From Magnetococcales bacterium DCbin2 (lineage in GTDB: Bacteria > Pseudomonadota > Magnetococcia > Magnetococcales > UBA8363): a stretch of 64,000 bases of DNA. Of this stretch, positions 49,094-58,603 are shown one piece after another. Position 1 is the first letter of the stretch; each line of letters starts with the position of its first letter. The stretch spans positions 30,261-94,260 of the forward strand of contig PEAO01000002.1 of NCBI GenBank assembly GCA_002753615.1. The letters run 5' to 3'. A program made the translations under genes and the position numbers. The notes below the pieces were generated by a model. The model saw nothing but the letters and a program-made list of their open reading frames with translations, searched no databases and had not been told where the DNA came from.

Positions 49094-50188
49094 TTATTCT
49101 GCCGGAGGTGGCGGAATCAACGCCAACAGGTCCTTTTCTCCAAATTTTTCACGATGATGAAAAACTTGTTCCGGGAACTGCCTGGCCAGCATTGGAAAAT
49201 TGGAGTCTTCAGGAAACTCGGGACAGATTGCATGCACCTGCAACTTTGGCCGAAGTGTGAGACTGGTTGCAATCAAGGAATTGATGAGTTCGTCGCGATA
49301 GGCAAAACCGATGGAAATCAGGCGTTTGTGAACAGCAAGCCGGTTGAAGAAATGTCGGTGCAGATCGGAGAAGGGATGATCCACCGGGATGCCTTTGTAT
49401 CCGGGATAGATCAATGCCGGGCCGTTCAAGTCTTCGGGCATGCGTGGTGCGCCGGTGATGCAAACACCATCATGGAAATCCCAGGTCAACGAACCGTGAA
49501 GTTTGAAATACCCAACCTCATGGGCAGCGGGCCGGTTTGCGTCCAGGTTACGGGTGTGAACGAGACTGGAGCCACGGCATTCAAAACCATTGTAGATTTC
49601 GTGAATTCCAAGGTCTTCCCAATGTTTTTTTAATCCTGACTCCCGGTTAACGTCCTCGAAAACGGATTCCAGCACTAAATCGTAATTGGTCGTAAAGATC
49701 GTCAGGCTGTCCTGTCTTTGCAACAAAGGGGAAAACAGGCCGGAAAAGAGTTCAAATGCTTTTTGCCGGTCGTGTTTGAGGCTGTCCCACAGGAACCGTT
49801 TTAATTCCCGATCCAGGACGATTGCCATGCTGTAAAGATCGCCCAGGAAATATTTGGCAGAGGCTGAATAATTTCTTTTGCTATCAAACCCGGATTTCAT
49901 TTCTGGAGAAGTACTGTCCCCCATTTTCTTGCGATACGTCTCCTCAAATAGCGTTGCCGTATTGATATAGGTCTTATGATTTTTGATTAAATTTTCCAGA
50001 ACGAAAAAAATCCGTTCGATGTCCAGGCGGCTTTTGTCGTTGTCGGCCAACTGTGCGAGTAGGACATCGAACAGGAGCCGGGTGTCGGGAGATGGATTGA
50101 AGCTGGTCATGAATCCTTGCGTGGTAGATAGACCCAGGGGAACACAGGCTCCCGCTCCGATGAGAAACATATCCATGACAGGAATCAT
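49094..50188 (-). CDS. Stand-alone SIR2-like (SIR2_2 family) protein, reverse-oriented moron
   Basis: FLIGAGACVPLGL (GAG NAD-binding loop), IFTTNYDLVLE, YFKLHGSLTW and LISIGFAYRDELIN. The domain fills the whole 364-aa protein. Confidence 0.8.
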   Translation of the reverse strand: MIPVMDMFLIGAGACVPLGLSTTQGFMTSFNPSPDTRLLFDVLLAQLADNDKSRLDIERIFFVLENLIKNHKTYINTATLFEETYRKKMGDSTSPEMKSGFDSKRNYSASAKYFLGDLYSMAIVLDRELKRFLWDSLKHDRQKAFELFSGLFSPLLQRQDSLTIFTTNYDLVLESVFEDVNRESGLKKHWEDLGIHEIYNGFECRGSSLVHTRNLDANRPAAHEVGYFKLHGSLTWDFHDGVCITGAPRMPEDLNGPALIYPGYKGIPVDHPFSDLHRHFFNRLAVHKRLISIGFAYRDELINSLIATSLTLRPKLQVHAICPEFPEDSNFPMLARQFPEQVFHHREKFGEKDLLALIPPPPAE

Positions 50189-50247
50189 CGAATGAATGAA
50201 ATAAATGTTGATGACAGGTCAGGCATCATACCAGAGGTTACGTGATT

Positions 50248-50664
50248 ATGAAGGATTATCTCGCCGCCGAGCCGTTGATTATTGCCCGGCTTGAAGATCA
50301 GATCGCCAACATTACCGTTAAATCAACCTGGGGGATGCCCAAGATCCTTGAAACGATCAACCTTCCTCCGGCGGTTTTGGTGTTTTTGGAAAAAGACAAA
50401 TCGGGGGAGGTCCATCTGAGCAACCATATGGTTGAGCAAACCTGGCTTTGCCTGGTTGTGGTCCAGGATGCCAAGAACGATGCTGGACCGTTGATCAGCC
50501 AGGTCATCAAGGCCATGCATGGGTGGCGGCCCGAAGACAGAAAATTTTCCACATTCAAACGTGTGCAATCGAGTTTTGCACACGAATATTCGCCCACGGG
50601 AGTGCTTTATTTTCCGTTGGCGTTCACAACCGAGTTTGTATTCAACAGCCAAACAAAGGATTAA
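50248..50664 (+). CDS. Tail terminator/completion candidate (Gp37/DUF1834-like)
   Basis: The call rests on position immediately upstream of the major tail protein. AGAGG RBS before ATG 50248 (the track starts at GTG 50242). Confidence 0.45.
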   Translation: MKDYLAAEPLIIARLEDQIANITVKSTWGMPKILETINLPPAVLVFLEKDKSGEVHLSNHMVEQTWLCLVVVQDAKNDAGPLISQVIKAMHGWRPEDRKFSTFKRVQSSFAHEYSPTGVLYFPLAFTTEFVFNSQTKD

Positions 50665-50667
50665 GAC

Positions 50668-51576
50668 ATGGCATCCAGTCAGTGGAGTCTTGTTGGTGAA
50701 GGAGAAATTTTCATTGGCCCGCGTTCCGGTGGTCCATTGCGGGCGGTCGGACAGGTCAAGGAGTTCAAGATTGACGTATCTGAAGAAACCAAGGAGATGA
50801 AGAACTACCAGGGCGGCGGCGGGCTGGCCGATCAGGTGAGTTGGATCTCCAAGATTGACGCCTCTCTCAATTTTTTGTCGTTGTCGGCCAAGAACCTTGC
50901 CATGGCGATGCGAGGTGAAATCACGGCTTTGGTGGCGGGAGCCGTTACCAAAGCACACACCGCCTATGCCGGTGGATTTTTGCCCTTGGAAGGGATCGGG
51001 CCGAGAGCGGTGACGGTCACCGTCGATCCTCCGGCCTGGAGCGACACCACGGCCAAGGTCATCGGCGATATCGTCAAGCCAACAGCAGGCACCCATTTTT
51101 ACAAGGCCACGGCGGCTGGAAACACGGGTGGGACGGAACCGGCATCATGGCCCACCGACGGATCTACTGTAACGGATGGCACAGTCACATGGATGGATAT
51201 GGGGACCATGCTTCTTGTCGCAGGTAACTTTGAAACCAAGAGTGCCGGGATCTTTATCCCCGAAGATTCCGCAAAAATCGCAGTCACCGGCACTCCGGTC
51301 GAAGTGAGCTATACCAAGACGGCGGGGACCATCATCCAAGCTCTGGTCAACGCCGCAGGAGAATACCGGGTGTTTTTTTCCGGGACCAATCTTGCCCGTG
51401 AAGGACAACCGTTAGCTGTGGATCTTTATCGGGTCAAATTTTCCCCGCCCAAGGATCTGTCGTTCATTGGTGACGATTTTGCCGGACTGACCCTCACCGG
51501 ATCTGTCCTTAAGGACGATACCCGGTCAGGATTCAAGATCAGTTCTTTTTGTGCAATCAAGATGGCGGAGGAATAA
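50668..51576 (+). CDS. Major tail (tube) protein with an inserted decoration-like domain
   Basis: The call rests on position (before the chaperone and tape measure). The N-terminal pattern is GEGEIFIGP...VGQVKEFKIDVSEETKEM...LSAKNLAMAMRG. The insert is FYKATAAGNTGGTEPASWPTDGSTVTDGTVTW. Confidence 0.65.
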   Translation: MASSQWSLVGEGEIFIGPRSGGPLRAVGQVKEFKIDVSEETKEMKNYQGGGGLADQVSWISKIDASLNFLSLSAKNLAMAMRGEITALVAGAVTKAHTAYAGGFLPLEGIGPRAVTVTVDPPAWSDTTAKVIGDIVKPTAGTHFYKATAAGNTGGTEPASWPTDGSTVTDGTVTWMDMGTMLLVAGNFETKSAGIFIPEDSAKIAVTGTPVEVSYTKTAGTIIQALVNAAGEYRVFFSGTNLAREGQPLAVDLYRVKFSPPKDLSFIGDDFAGLTLTGSVLKDDTRSGFKISSFCAIKMAEE

Positions 51577-51578
51577 CC

Positions 51579-51905
51579 ATGAAGAGGATGAAAGAAATCT
51601 CGATTGGCGACAGGGTAGTCACGGTCCGGGAATTAACTGTGAGTGAGGTGCGTGCTTGGTTTAAAGATTTGAGCGGAATGCGGGATAATAGCATCGATCT
51701 AGTCAACGAAGCTCTCATGGCCGATGCTTCCCTGGGAGATATGGTCCGCATGAGTAATATCACGATGGACGATTTGGACAATTTAACCCCATCACAGATC
51801 GAGACTTTGCTTGCAGTCTGCCGAGAAGTTAACCCCCATTTTTTTCAGTTGCGGCATCGCCTGTCCGAAGCGGCACGAGTGATGCCCTCAGCCGTGAACA
51901 TTTGA
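51579..51905 (+). CDS. Tail assembly chaperone (gpG-like)
   Basis: GGAGGA RBS. It lies directly before the tape measure module and has a slippery site near its 3' end. Confidence 0.75.
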   Translation: MKRMKEISIGDRVVTVRELTVSEVRAWFKDLSGMRDNSIDLVNEALMADASLGDMVRMSNITMDDLDNLTPSQIETLLAVCREVNPHFFQLRHRLSEAARVMPSAVNI

Positions 51906-52024
51906 AACGGTTGGAATATTCTGCATGTGCCTTGATACGGTTTGGACATTCGCAGATTTGGAACTACCCCTGGGATCTCTTCCTGGTGGCGATTGAAAAT
52001 ATCACGGAAACAAAACGATCGTAG
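51579..52024 (+). CDS. Tail assembly chaperone G-T fusion product (via -1 frameshift at 51839-51845)
   Basis: The -1 frame continues ...NPHFF/SVAASPVRSGTSDALSREHLKRLEYSACALIRFGHSQIWNYPWDLFLVAIENITETKRS*. Confidence 0.65.
51839..51845 (+). promoter_or_regulatory. Programmed -1 ribosomal frameshift slippery heptamer T TTT TTT
   Basis: The zero frame reads CAT TTT TTT CAG. The -1 frame stays open for 60 codons to TAG 52022-52024. Confidence 0.75.
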
Positions 52025-52251
52025 AAAAATCGTAAAAGAGGACCAAAACATATCAGCAGGATAGTTGCAAAAAACCATCCGATGAACAGTTGAATGAACC
52101 ATGGGCAGGAACTGGCAACGGGAATGGTGACCAAAAAACCGATGCCAGTTGCCTTGCCAAGCATCATCCAGGTTTCTGTAATGTAATAAAGCGATGGTTC
52201 TGTCCGGTTTTTGAGTGTTTTTAAGGTTTTCATGAGTCCACTGTAAATCAT
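51964..52251 (-). CDS. Reverse-oriented small two-TM membrane protein
   Basis: TM segments GIGFLVTIPVASSCPWFI and LFIGWFFATILLICFGPLL. The ~280-bp stretch looks AT-rich and fills the gap between the GT chaperone and the tape measure. Starts are at 52269 (TTG), 52251 or 52233. Confidence 0.5.
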   Translation of the reverse strand: MIYSGLMKTLKTLKNRTEPSLYYITETWMMLGKATGIGFLVTIPVASSCPWFIQLFIGWFFATILLICFGPLLRFFYDRFVSVIFSIATRKRSQG

Positions 52252-52304
52252 GACGTTGGACCTGGGCAAAAGAAAAATTTCAAGCGTTGGAGAAATATTC
52301 GGTC

Positions 52305-55300
52305 ATGGAAAATAAACTGCAATTTTCACTTGGCGTGGGTGTTCAAGATCTAGCCGTCGGTATGGCACGGGCCAAGGCGACCATGATTTCCGGTTTGCGA
52401 CGGATGAGTGAGGCCGCACGTCAGGAATCGGGGCGGATTAGTCAGGCCATGGCAGACATCAAGGGATTCGGATCCCTGTCGGAGCAAAGCGGTCAGTTGA
52501 AAAAGGAATTATCCAGCTTACGCACGGAGGCAGAACGGTTGGGTAATGCCTGGCGACTGTCAACATTGGAAACGGATCGCATGGTTGGATCCATTGAACA
52601 GGTCAAACGGCGCATTGGTGAATTAAAATCCGTTCCGAAAAAAGATTTGACCCTGGATCAAAAAACCGAACTTGAACAACTTGGGAAACGCTATGCCAAC
52701 CTCAATGAACAATTAAAGGGTCTCCAGGAGCAGACACGGGTCTTTGGCAAGGATCAGAAGAACGCAAATCATGCTGTTTTGGCGGCATCCGAGGCTGTGG
52801 GAAAAAATGCCACGGCACTGGAAGCGATGCGCAACCGCATGCGCTTGGCCGGGGTTGACACACATCAATTGGTCGAAGAGCAAAAACGGTTGCAAACGGC
52901 GATGGCGGGTGTCATGGCCAAGGCGCGTGATACAAGCCGGATTCAGTCGGCGCGTGAAATCCTTGGCGTAGTGGATCACCGGAGCATTGAGCGAGAGATT
53001 CAGAGAGTCGAAGCCGCTTATGAACGGTTGCGGAAATCGGGAAAAGCAACACCGGCGGAAATGGCTCAGGCCCATCTACGCCTGATCGAAAATACCAACA
53101 ATTTACGGGAGTCCACCAATGGTTGGGCCGCTGCCATTTCCCGAGCCAGGGAACAATTTGCCAAACTGGCGGTCACTGTAGCGGGAATGGGTCTGGCTGC
53201 ACGAGAAGCCATTCAATTTGAAAGTGCCATGGCGAATGTCAGTAAGGTGGTCGATTTTCCAACGCCCAAGGCATTCAAGGAATTGACAGCCGACATCAAG
53301 TCCATGTCTCGCGAAATTCCCCTGACGCTGGTGGAATTGGCAAAAATTGCCGAAGCGGGTGGGCAGATGGGAATCGCCTCCAAGGACATCCGTGAGTTCA
53401 CTGATGTCGTTGCCAAGATGTCCACAGCCTTCAAAATGCCCGCTGATGAAGCCGGGACTTCCGTGGGACGTTTAATGAACGTTTTTGCCTTGACCGTCCC
53501 CCAGACACGTCTGCTAGCCGACGCCATCAACCACCTGGGCAACAACACCAATGCGGTGGAAGAGGACATCGTTGAGGTAATGAACCGCACCGGTGGCATG
53601 GCGCGAGTATTCGGGCTAGCCAACACCGAGACGGCGGCCTTGGCGGCGACATTCCTTTCCATGGGGTTGGGACCGGAGCGGGCTTCCACCGCCATCAACG
53701 CCCTGACCCGCGAGTTGATGAACGCCCCGCAGCAAACAGACAAATTCAAGGCTGCCCTCCAGAGAGTCGGCCTGACCAGCGAGGAAATGTCTACCAAAAT
53801 CCGTCAGGGACCGCAAAAAGCCATCATGGATCTGTTGCAAGCTCTCTCTGGGCTGGACGATCAGACCAAGTTAGAGACCCTAGTTGGGCTGTTCGGGGAT
53901 GAATTTTCCGACGATATCGTCCAGGTGGTCAACAATCTGGATAAGTACAAGGAGATCCTCGGTCTGGTGGGGAAAGAGTCCGGCTATGCCGGGTCGATGC
54001 AAAAGGAGTTCGGCGAGCGGATCAAGACCACCGAGGCCCAGTTGCAGTTGGCCAAGAATGCCATTTCTGAAGCCGCCGTCAACCTGGGCAATGTCTTCCT
54101 ACCTGCGATTGTCGCCGTAGCCAAAGCTGTGGCCTCCTTGATGCACGGCATGGCTGCGGTTATCGAAAAATTTCCGCAACTTTCTGCCGCTGCGGTTACG
54201 GCGTTGACCGCTTTTGCGGGATTTGTTGCTTTGCGGTTGGTGTGGAGTGCCTTGCGGGCGGGGGTGACCGCCATGGTCGCTCCCCTTGCTACATTAGGGA
54301 CTGCGGTACGTGGTCTGATGTTTACGCCGTTGGGTGCGGTACTCACCGCCGCCGGGATCGCAGCCTACGCATTCTCCAAAGCCACTGCGTCCAGCGTTCC
54401 GTCGTTGTTGGAAAACGCAGAGGTATTGGGTAAAAGCCGAGAGGCGACGGTGGCAAAGATCAAGGCACTGGAAGAGTTAAAGAAAACCCTGGAGACCACC
54501 CAACCCGGCACCAAGGCGCATACCGATGCCGAGGAAAAACTGGCGGCCATCCTGCCCAACGCCAATCAATCCTTGGACGAGCAAGGCCGGGTTCTGGCTC
54601 GCGTCGGTAACGCCGCCAGCGACAACGCAGGAAAGATCAATGCCTACCTTGATCTGTTAAAAAAGGATGACAGCCAAACTCTGGCCCTGCAACTGGAGGC
54701 CCAGACCCGCGCCTTCGGGGAAGCCAAAAAGGAAATGGCTTCCTACGTTGAAGATCTGCGCAACACGTATGGGATCGGCACGGGAGAGGCAGCAACTGGA
54801 ACTCAAAAATTTTGGTTGACGCTCAATAAGTTGACCGGCACCTACGACGACAACATTGCCAAGGGGGCAGAACTGCGCCGCCAGTTGGGGGATACCCAGG
54901 GCGGATTGAAAGCCCTGTTGGAGGAAGCCCTCAAGGCTGGACTGTCTGTGGAGGATTTGGGCCGAGCCATGGACGGGATCCATGCCGACCCGGCGGTCAA
55001 GGATCAAGCTATTGCCCTTTACCGCGACATGGCGGGTGCAGCGGAAATGGCCGCAGGTAAAACCGCCAGTCTTGCCGAGCAGTTCAAACAATTTTCCGAT
55101 GCCTTGGCTGGACCCGCAACTGCCGCCAAGAAGATCATCGTGGACGCCATTGGTGTCGCCGATCAGCAACTAGGCAAATACAACGAAGCCTTGGGGCAAC
55201 ATCGGGAAAAACTCAGACAGGCGGTGGACGACGAGTCTAAATCCTGGAAAACGATGGCCGACATTTCCAGCAGAGCATTTGAGACGACCACCCAGGAGAT

Positions 55301-57104
55301 AGAAGATAGTTACGCGCAACGCCGGGTGATGTTGCAGGATGAGGTGGACGCCTATCGGGGAGCCGAACGCAAAAAATCGGAATTCGCATCGGATCGGGCT
55401 AGATTTGAGATCGAAGAAAAGAAATTTTCCCAACAGGCGATTCTGCAAACGACCAATGACCTGGTCATCAATGAACACAACAGCAAGTTGTCTCGCGCCC
55501 AGCGTTATCTGACGGAAGCCTTGACTTTGTCGGAGAGAGAATATCGGGGCCGGATTGATAATGCCAAAAGGCTCGGTGTTGAAGCGGGAAGGATCGACGA
55601 AGAACGTTTGTCGTCCCAAAAAAACATTTTAATGCGGGTCGAGGAGGCGTATCGGCAAAACATCGACAAGTTGATTGAGGAGGAAAAACGCCATCGGGAT
55701 GCGGCAAAGCAACTGGCTGAGGAACGCAAAAGTTTCAATGAATCCATTGCCGACCGCATCATGAACGTGAAGGAAAAAGGGATGGATCCCGCAGAGGTTG
55801 ATGCCTCTCGGCAAAAACGGATTGTCCAGGAGCAGATCCTGGCCCAAGAGGCACTGCGGGCGGGGAATTACGAACTTGCCAGGAAACATGCAGAAAGGAT
55901 GATCTCCCTGGCAGAGCAGACTTCCGATGCGGTACAGGTCGGAGATCGAACGGTGATCGACTCAAAAGCGGCGGCGGCCCGTGCCATCGAGCAGATGCAA
56001 AAGGCTGCGGAAATCGAAAACCAGGCATTCAAGGGAGAAAGCGAAGCCCACAAACAAGCAGCGAACAGCCTGAAAGAACAATCAAATTCTGCCACCGAAT
56101 CTTTGGCAAAGATCAGAGATGCGATCAAGAGTGTGGATGAGGATCTGGCCTGGGAACACGTTTTGCTGGTCGATGCCAATATTGAAAAAGTTCATGCTGC
56201 CGGAAAAGAAATCGATGCACTTTTGGAGAAGAAAGAGCGGGTAATTTCCATCAAGGCAGAACTCCAGGGCGGGGCTACGGCGTTGGAATCGGTTGTTAAT
56301 GATGTCCTCCATGGGGCCACAAGCAAAGCTCAGGCCAGCATTGATGAGGTTTCGCTGATTTTTTCCCGTTTCAAGACCGAATTTGCATCTTTTACCCCGG
56401 AAGTCAAAGCCAACTTCGATATTGCCTCGGCCACCGGGGCAATCGATGGACTTGTGACCAAGTTCAATGAGTTCAAAGCGGCTGTTTCCCCGGAAGCTAA
56501 GGTGCTGTTCATTGGGGATGCAAGCCAAGCCATGGGCGAGATCGACGGCCTGATCACAAGGATCAATGCCATTCCTCTCGAAAAGACAATCATCGTAAAT
56601 TATGTGGAAAAACAAACCGAGGCCAAAGCGAATGGTGGCCCTGTTGGTTTTGCCCGTGGTGGCTTTCTCCCTGGCTGGGGATCAAAGGATGACGTACCCG
56701 CCCTGTTGCAAAGGGGCGAATTCGTCCTGCGCAAAGAGGCCGTCCAGCGTTATGGCCTGGGTTTGATCCAGTCCATGAACCAGATGCGGATCCGGCCTGG
56801 AACTATTCCAGGGTTTGCATATGGTGGCCTGGTGCGGGCGATCCACAATTTGACCGATCTGCATTCCAGTGGAACGAGGGATATCCCCCATTTTGCATCG
56901 GGTGGTTTGCTGCGCAATCTGGTGATCCCGGAGTTGCCAAGAATGGCGTTTGCCGGTGGTGGATCGGTATCCCCACAGGTCACAGAAGTGGTGCGGCTCG
57001 ACATATTCAACAACAACCGCCCGTCTACATCCATTACCGCCCCACGGGATCAGGTCCGCGACCTTGTGCGGACATTGCAAGATCTGACACGGGGGGCGAT
57101 GTAG
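52305..57104 (+). CDS. Tail tape measure protein (1599 aa)
   Basis: The TP901-type core reads FESAMANVSKVVDFPT...ELAKIAEAGGQMGIASKDIREFTDVVAKMSTAFKMPADEAGTSVGRLMNVF. Hydrophobic segments and long coiled-coils follow. The track ORF starts at TTG 52287. Confidence 0.9.
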   Translation: MENKLQFSLGVGVQDLAVGMARAKATMISGLRRMSEAARQESGRISQAMADIKGFGSLSEQSGQLKKELSSLRTEAERLGNAWRLSTLETDRMVGSIEQVKRRIGELKSVPKKDLTLDQKTELEQLGKRYANLNEQLKGLQEQTRVFGKDQKNANHAVLAASEAVGKNATALEAMRNRMRLAGVDTHQLVEEQKRLQTAMAGVMAKARDTSRIQSAREILGVVDHRSIEREIQRVEAAYERLRKSGKATPAEMAQAHLRLIENTNNLRESTNGWAAAISRAREQFAKLAVTVAGMGLAAREAIQFESAMANVSKVVDFPTPKAFKELTADIKSMSREIPLTLVELAKIAEAGGQMGIASKDIREFTDVVAKMSTAFKMPADEAGTSVGRLMNVFALTVPQTRLLADAINHLGNNTNAVEEDIVEVMNRTGGMARVFGLANTETAALAATFLSMGLGPERASTAINALTRELMNAPQQTDKFKAALQRVGLTSEEMSTKIRQGPQKAIMDLLQALSGLDDQTKLETLVGLFGDEFSDDIVQVVNNLDKYKEILGLVGKESGYAGSMQKEFGERIKTTEAQLQLAKNAISEAAVNLGNVFLPAIVAVAKAVASLMHGMAAVIEKFPQLSAAAVTALTAFAGFVALRLVWSALRAGVTAMVAPLATLGTAVRGLMFTPLGAVLTAAGIAAYAFSKATASSVPSLLENAEVLGKSREATVAKIKALEELKKTLETTQPGTKAHTDAEEKLAAILPNANQSLDEQGRVLARVGNAASDNAGKINAYLDLLKKDDSQTLALQLEAQTRAFGEAKKEMASYVEDLRNTYGIGTGEAATGTQKFWLTLNKLTGTYDDNIAKGAELRRQLGDTQGGLKALLEEALKAGLSVEDLGRAMDGIHADPAVKDQAIALYRDMAGAAEMAAGKTASLAEQFKQFSDALAGPATAAKKIIVDAIGVADQQLGKYNEALGQHREKLRQAVDDESKSWKTMADISSRAFETTTQEIEDSYAQRRVMLQDEVDAYRGAERKKSEFASDRARFEIEEKKFSQQAILQTTNDLVINEHNSKLSRAQRYLTEALTLSEREYRGRIDNAKRLGVEAGRIDEERLSSQKNILMRVEEAYRQNIDKLIEEEKRHRDAAKQLAEERKSFNESIADRIMNVKEKGMDPAEVDASRQKRIVQEQILAQEALRAGNYELARKHAERMISLAEQTSDAVQVGDRTVIDSKAAAARAIEQMQKAAEIENQAFKGESEAHKQAANSLKEQSNSATESLAKIRDAIKSVDEDLAWEHVLLVDANIEKVHAAGKEIDALLEKKERVISIKAELQGGATALESVVNDVLHGATSKAQASIDEVSLIFSRFKTEFASFTPEVKANFDIASATGAIDGLVTKFNEFKAAVSPEAKVLFIGDASQAMGEIDGLITRINAIPLEKTIIVNYVEKQTEAKANGGPVGFARGGFLPGWGSKDDVPALLQRGEFVLRKEAVQRYGLGLIQSMNQMRIRPGTIPGFAYGGLVRAIHNLTDLHSSGTRDIPHFASGGLLRNLVIPELPRMAFAGGGSVSPQVTEVVRLDIFNNNRPSTSITAPRDQVRDLVRTLQDLTRGAM

Positions 57105-57187
57105 CCTAATCCTATCTGGCCTGGCGGTCATGCTGCCGCGCAACAGTTAACGACACGATCATTGATGTATTTGACAGGGAGGCAACC

Positions 57188-57553
57188 ATGAAACGCCTCG
57201 GAGATCTTCTTTTACCCGACGCCATGGAATGGAAAAACCGTTACGAGTGGGCACCCGTTGCACAAGAAACAGGACGGACTCTGGGTGGCAATCTCATGGT
57301 CTGGCATTCCCCAATGACCGGAGGTCGGCCCATCGACCTGGCTGCGGAAGGGGAAGTCTGCTGGCTTTCCACCGACCATGTATCGGCACTGTATGCCATG
57401 TCCACACAGCCGGGCGCGGTGTTCGATCTGGAATGGGATGGGGAAACCTTCCAGGTAATGTTCCGGCACCAAGATTCACCGGCCATGGAGGCCAATCCCA
57501 TCCTTCCCCATTCGGGGTGGTATAACGGTTCCATCAAACTCATGCAGGTATAA
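57188..57553 (+). CDS. Tail-tip module protein (121 aa)
   Basis: First ORF after the tape measure. No family recognised. Confidence 0.55.
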   Translation: MKRLGDLLLPDAMEWKNRYEWAPVAQETGRTLGGNLMVWHSPMTGGRPIDLAAEGEVCWLSTDHVSALYAMSTQPGAVFDLEWDGETFQVMFRHQDSPAMEANPILPHSGWYNGSIKLMQV

Positions 57554-57554
57554 T

Positions 57555-58601
57555 ATGCCCATTGAACAATCCCACGTAAAGTTTATGAAACCTCTTGTCA
57601 TCAGCGACTCTGGAAGCAACGGCGGGCGTATGTCCAATGTTGAGGCCGCCACCGGGGTCAAAAACAACGTCTGGCCAGATGTCCCAGGATCTGAAAGAAC
57701 AAACGGGTCCACCAAATACCGAAAGATTTTTGTCAAAATCGCAAACCCAGACAATCTAAAAATGATCGACGCTTGTATTTTCGTCGAGACTCCAACGCCT
57801 GGTGGAGATCGTGTTGGGATTTTCCCAGGGACGCAAACGGACACCCAAACAGACATCACGGGGGCATCCCATGGTTATTGGGGATCTGGTTCATTGAACG
57901 CCAACGTTAGCCAGGGGGCATCTGTCCTGACGGTGAATGTGGAAGACCCAACCGACGTTCAATTCATTCAGGGCCGGTTGATCCGAATCTCCAACAAGAC
58001 ATCGATTGATGATTTGAACGGCGTGGAAGAATTTGTGCGGATCAAAAACGATCCATCGGGAGTCAGTTGGAATGGCAACCTTGCGACACTGACATTGGAG
58101 GACGGCAAAACCTTGGACAACGCCTATTTGGCATCCGACACCAAAGTGGCATCGGTGATCGAGGCTGGAGATATTTGGGCAAAGACCGACACATGGGCGA
58201 TTTCTTCCGCTAGTGGCACATTGGATGGGTGGGATGGATCAGGTGCAGCACCCGATACACTGACCAATGCGCGAATGGTGGATTTTATCGCCGGGATTGA
58301 ACAAACGTGGACGCTCACATTCACCAACGCCACCACGTTCACCTGCGTGGGGGACACCCTTGGTTCGGTTGGCAGTGGAACAATTGCTGGTGATTTTGCG
58401 CCAAACAATGCCACCTATTCCAGGCCATATTTTACTCTTCTGGCTTCATTGTGGGGCGGTTCCTGGTCCACAGGTAACGTCGTGACATTCAAAACCCATC
58501 CAGCAGCATTTCCAGTATGGGAGATGCGAATCATTCCACCAAACACCGGATCATTGTCTGGCGACAAGGTGATTATCGGCGTCTCCGGTGAGAGTGAATA
58601 A
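57555..58601 (+). CDS. Tail-tip module protein (348 aa)
   Basis: Co-directional and tightly packed. The N-terminal pattern SGSNGGRMSNVEAATGV...NVWPDVPGSERTNGSTKYRKIFVKIAN recalls a virion-protein family that I cannot name. Confidence 0.55.
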   Translation: MPIEQSHVKFMKPLVISDSGSNGGRMSNVEAATGVKNNVWPDVPGSERTNGSTKYRKIFVKIANPDNLKMIDACIFVETPTPGGDRVGIFPGTQTDTQTDITGASHGYWGSGSLNANVSQGASVLTVNVEDPTDVQFIQGRLIRISNKTSIDDLNGVEEFVRIKNDPSGVSWNGNLATLTLEDGKTLDNAYLASDTKVASVIEAGDIWAKTDTWAISSASGTLDGWDGSGAAPDTLTNARMVDFIAGIEQTWTLTFTNATTFTCVGDTLGSVGSGTIAGDFAPNNATYSRPYFTLLASLWGGSWSTGNVVTFKTHPAAFPVWEMRIIPPNTGSLSGDKVIIGVSGESE

Positions 58602-58603
58602 AA

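Noticed and set aside
48603-49260. ORFs 48603..48998 (-) and 48835..49260 (+) as possible partners of the SIR2 gene
   Set aside because: The minus ORF runs through the terminator hairpin and 170 nt into the 611-aa gene. The plus ORF overlaps the SIR2 3' end by 166 nt. Neither has an RBS or recognisable motifs.
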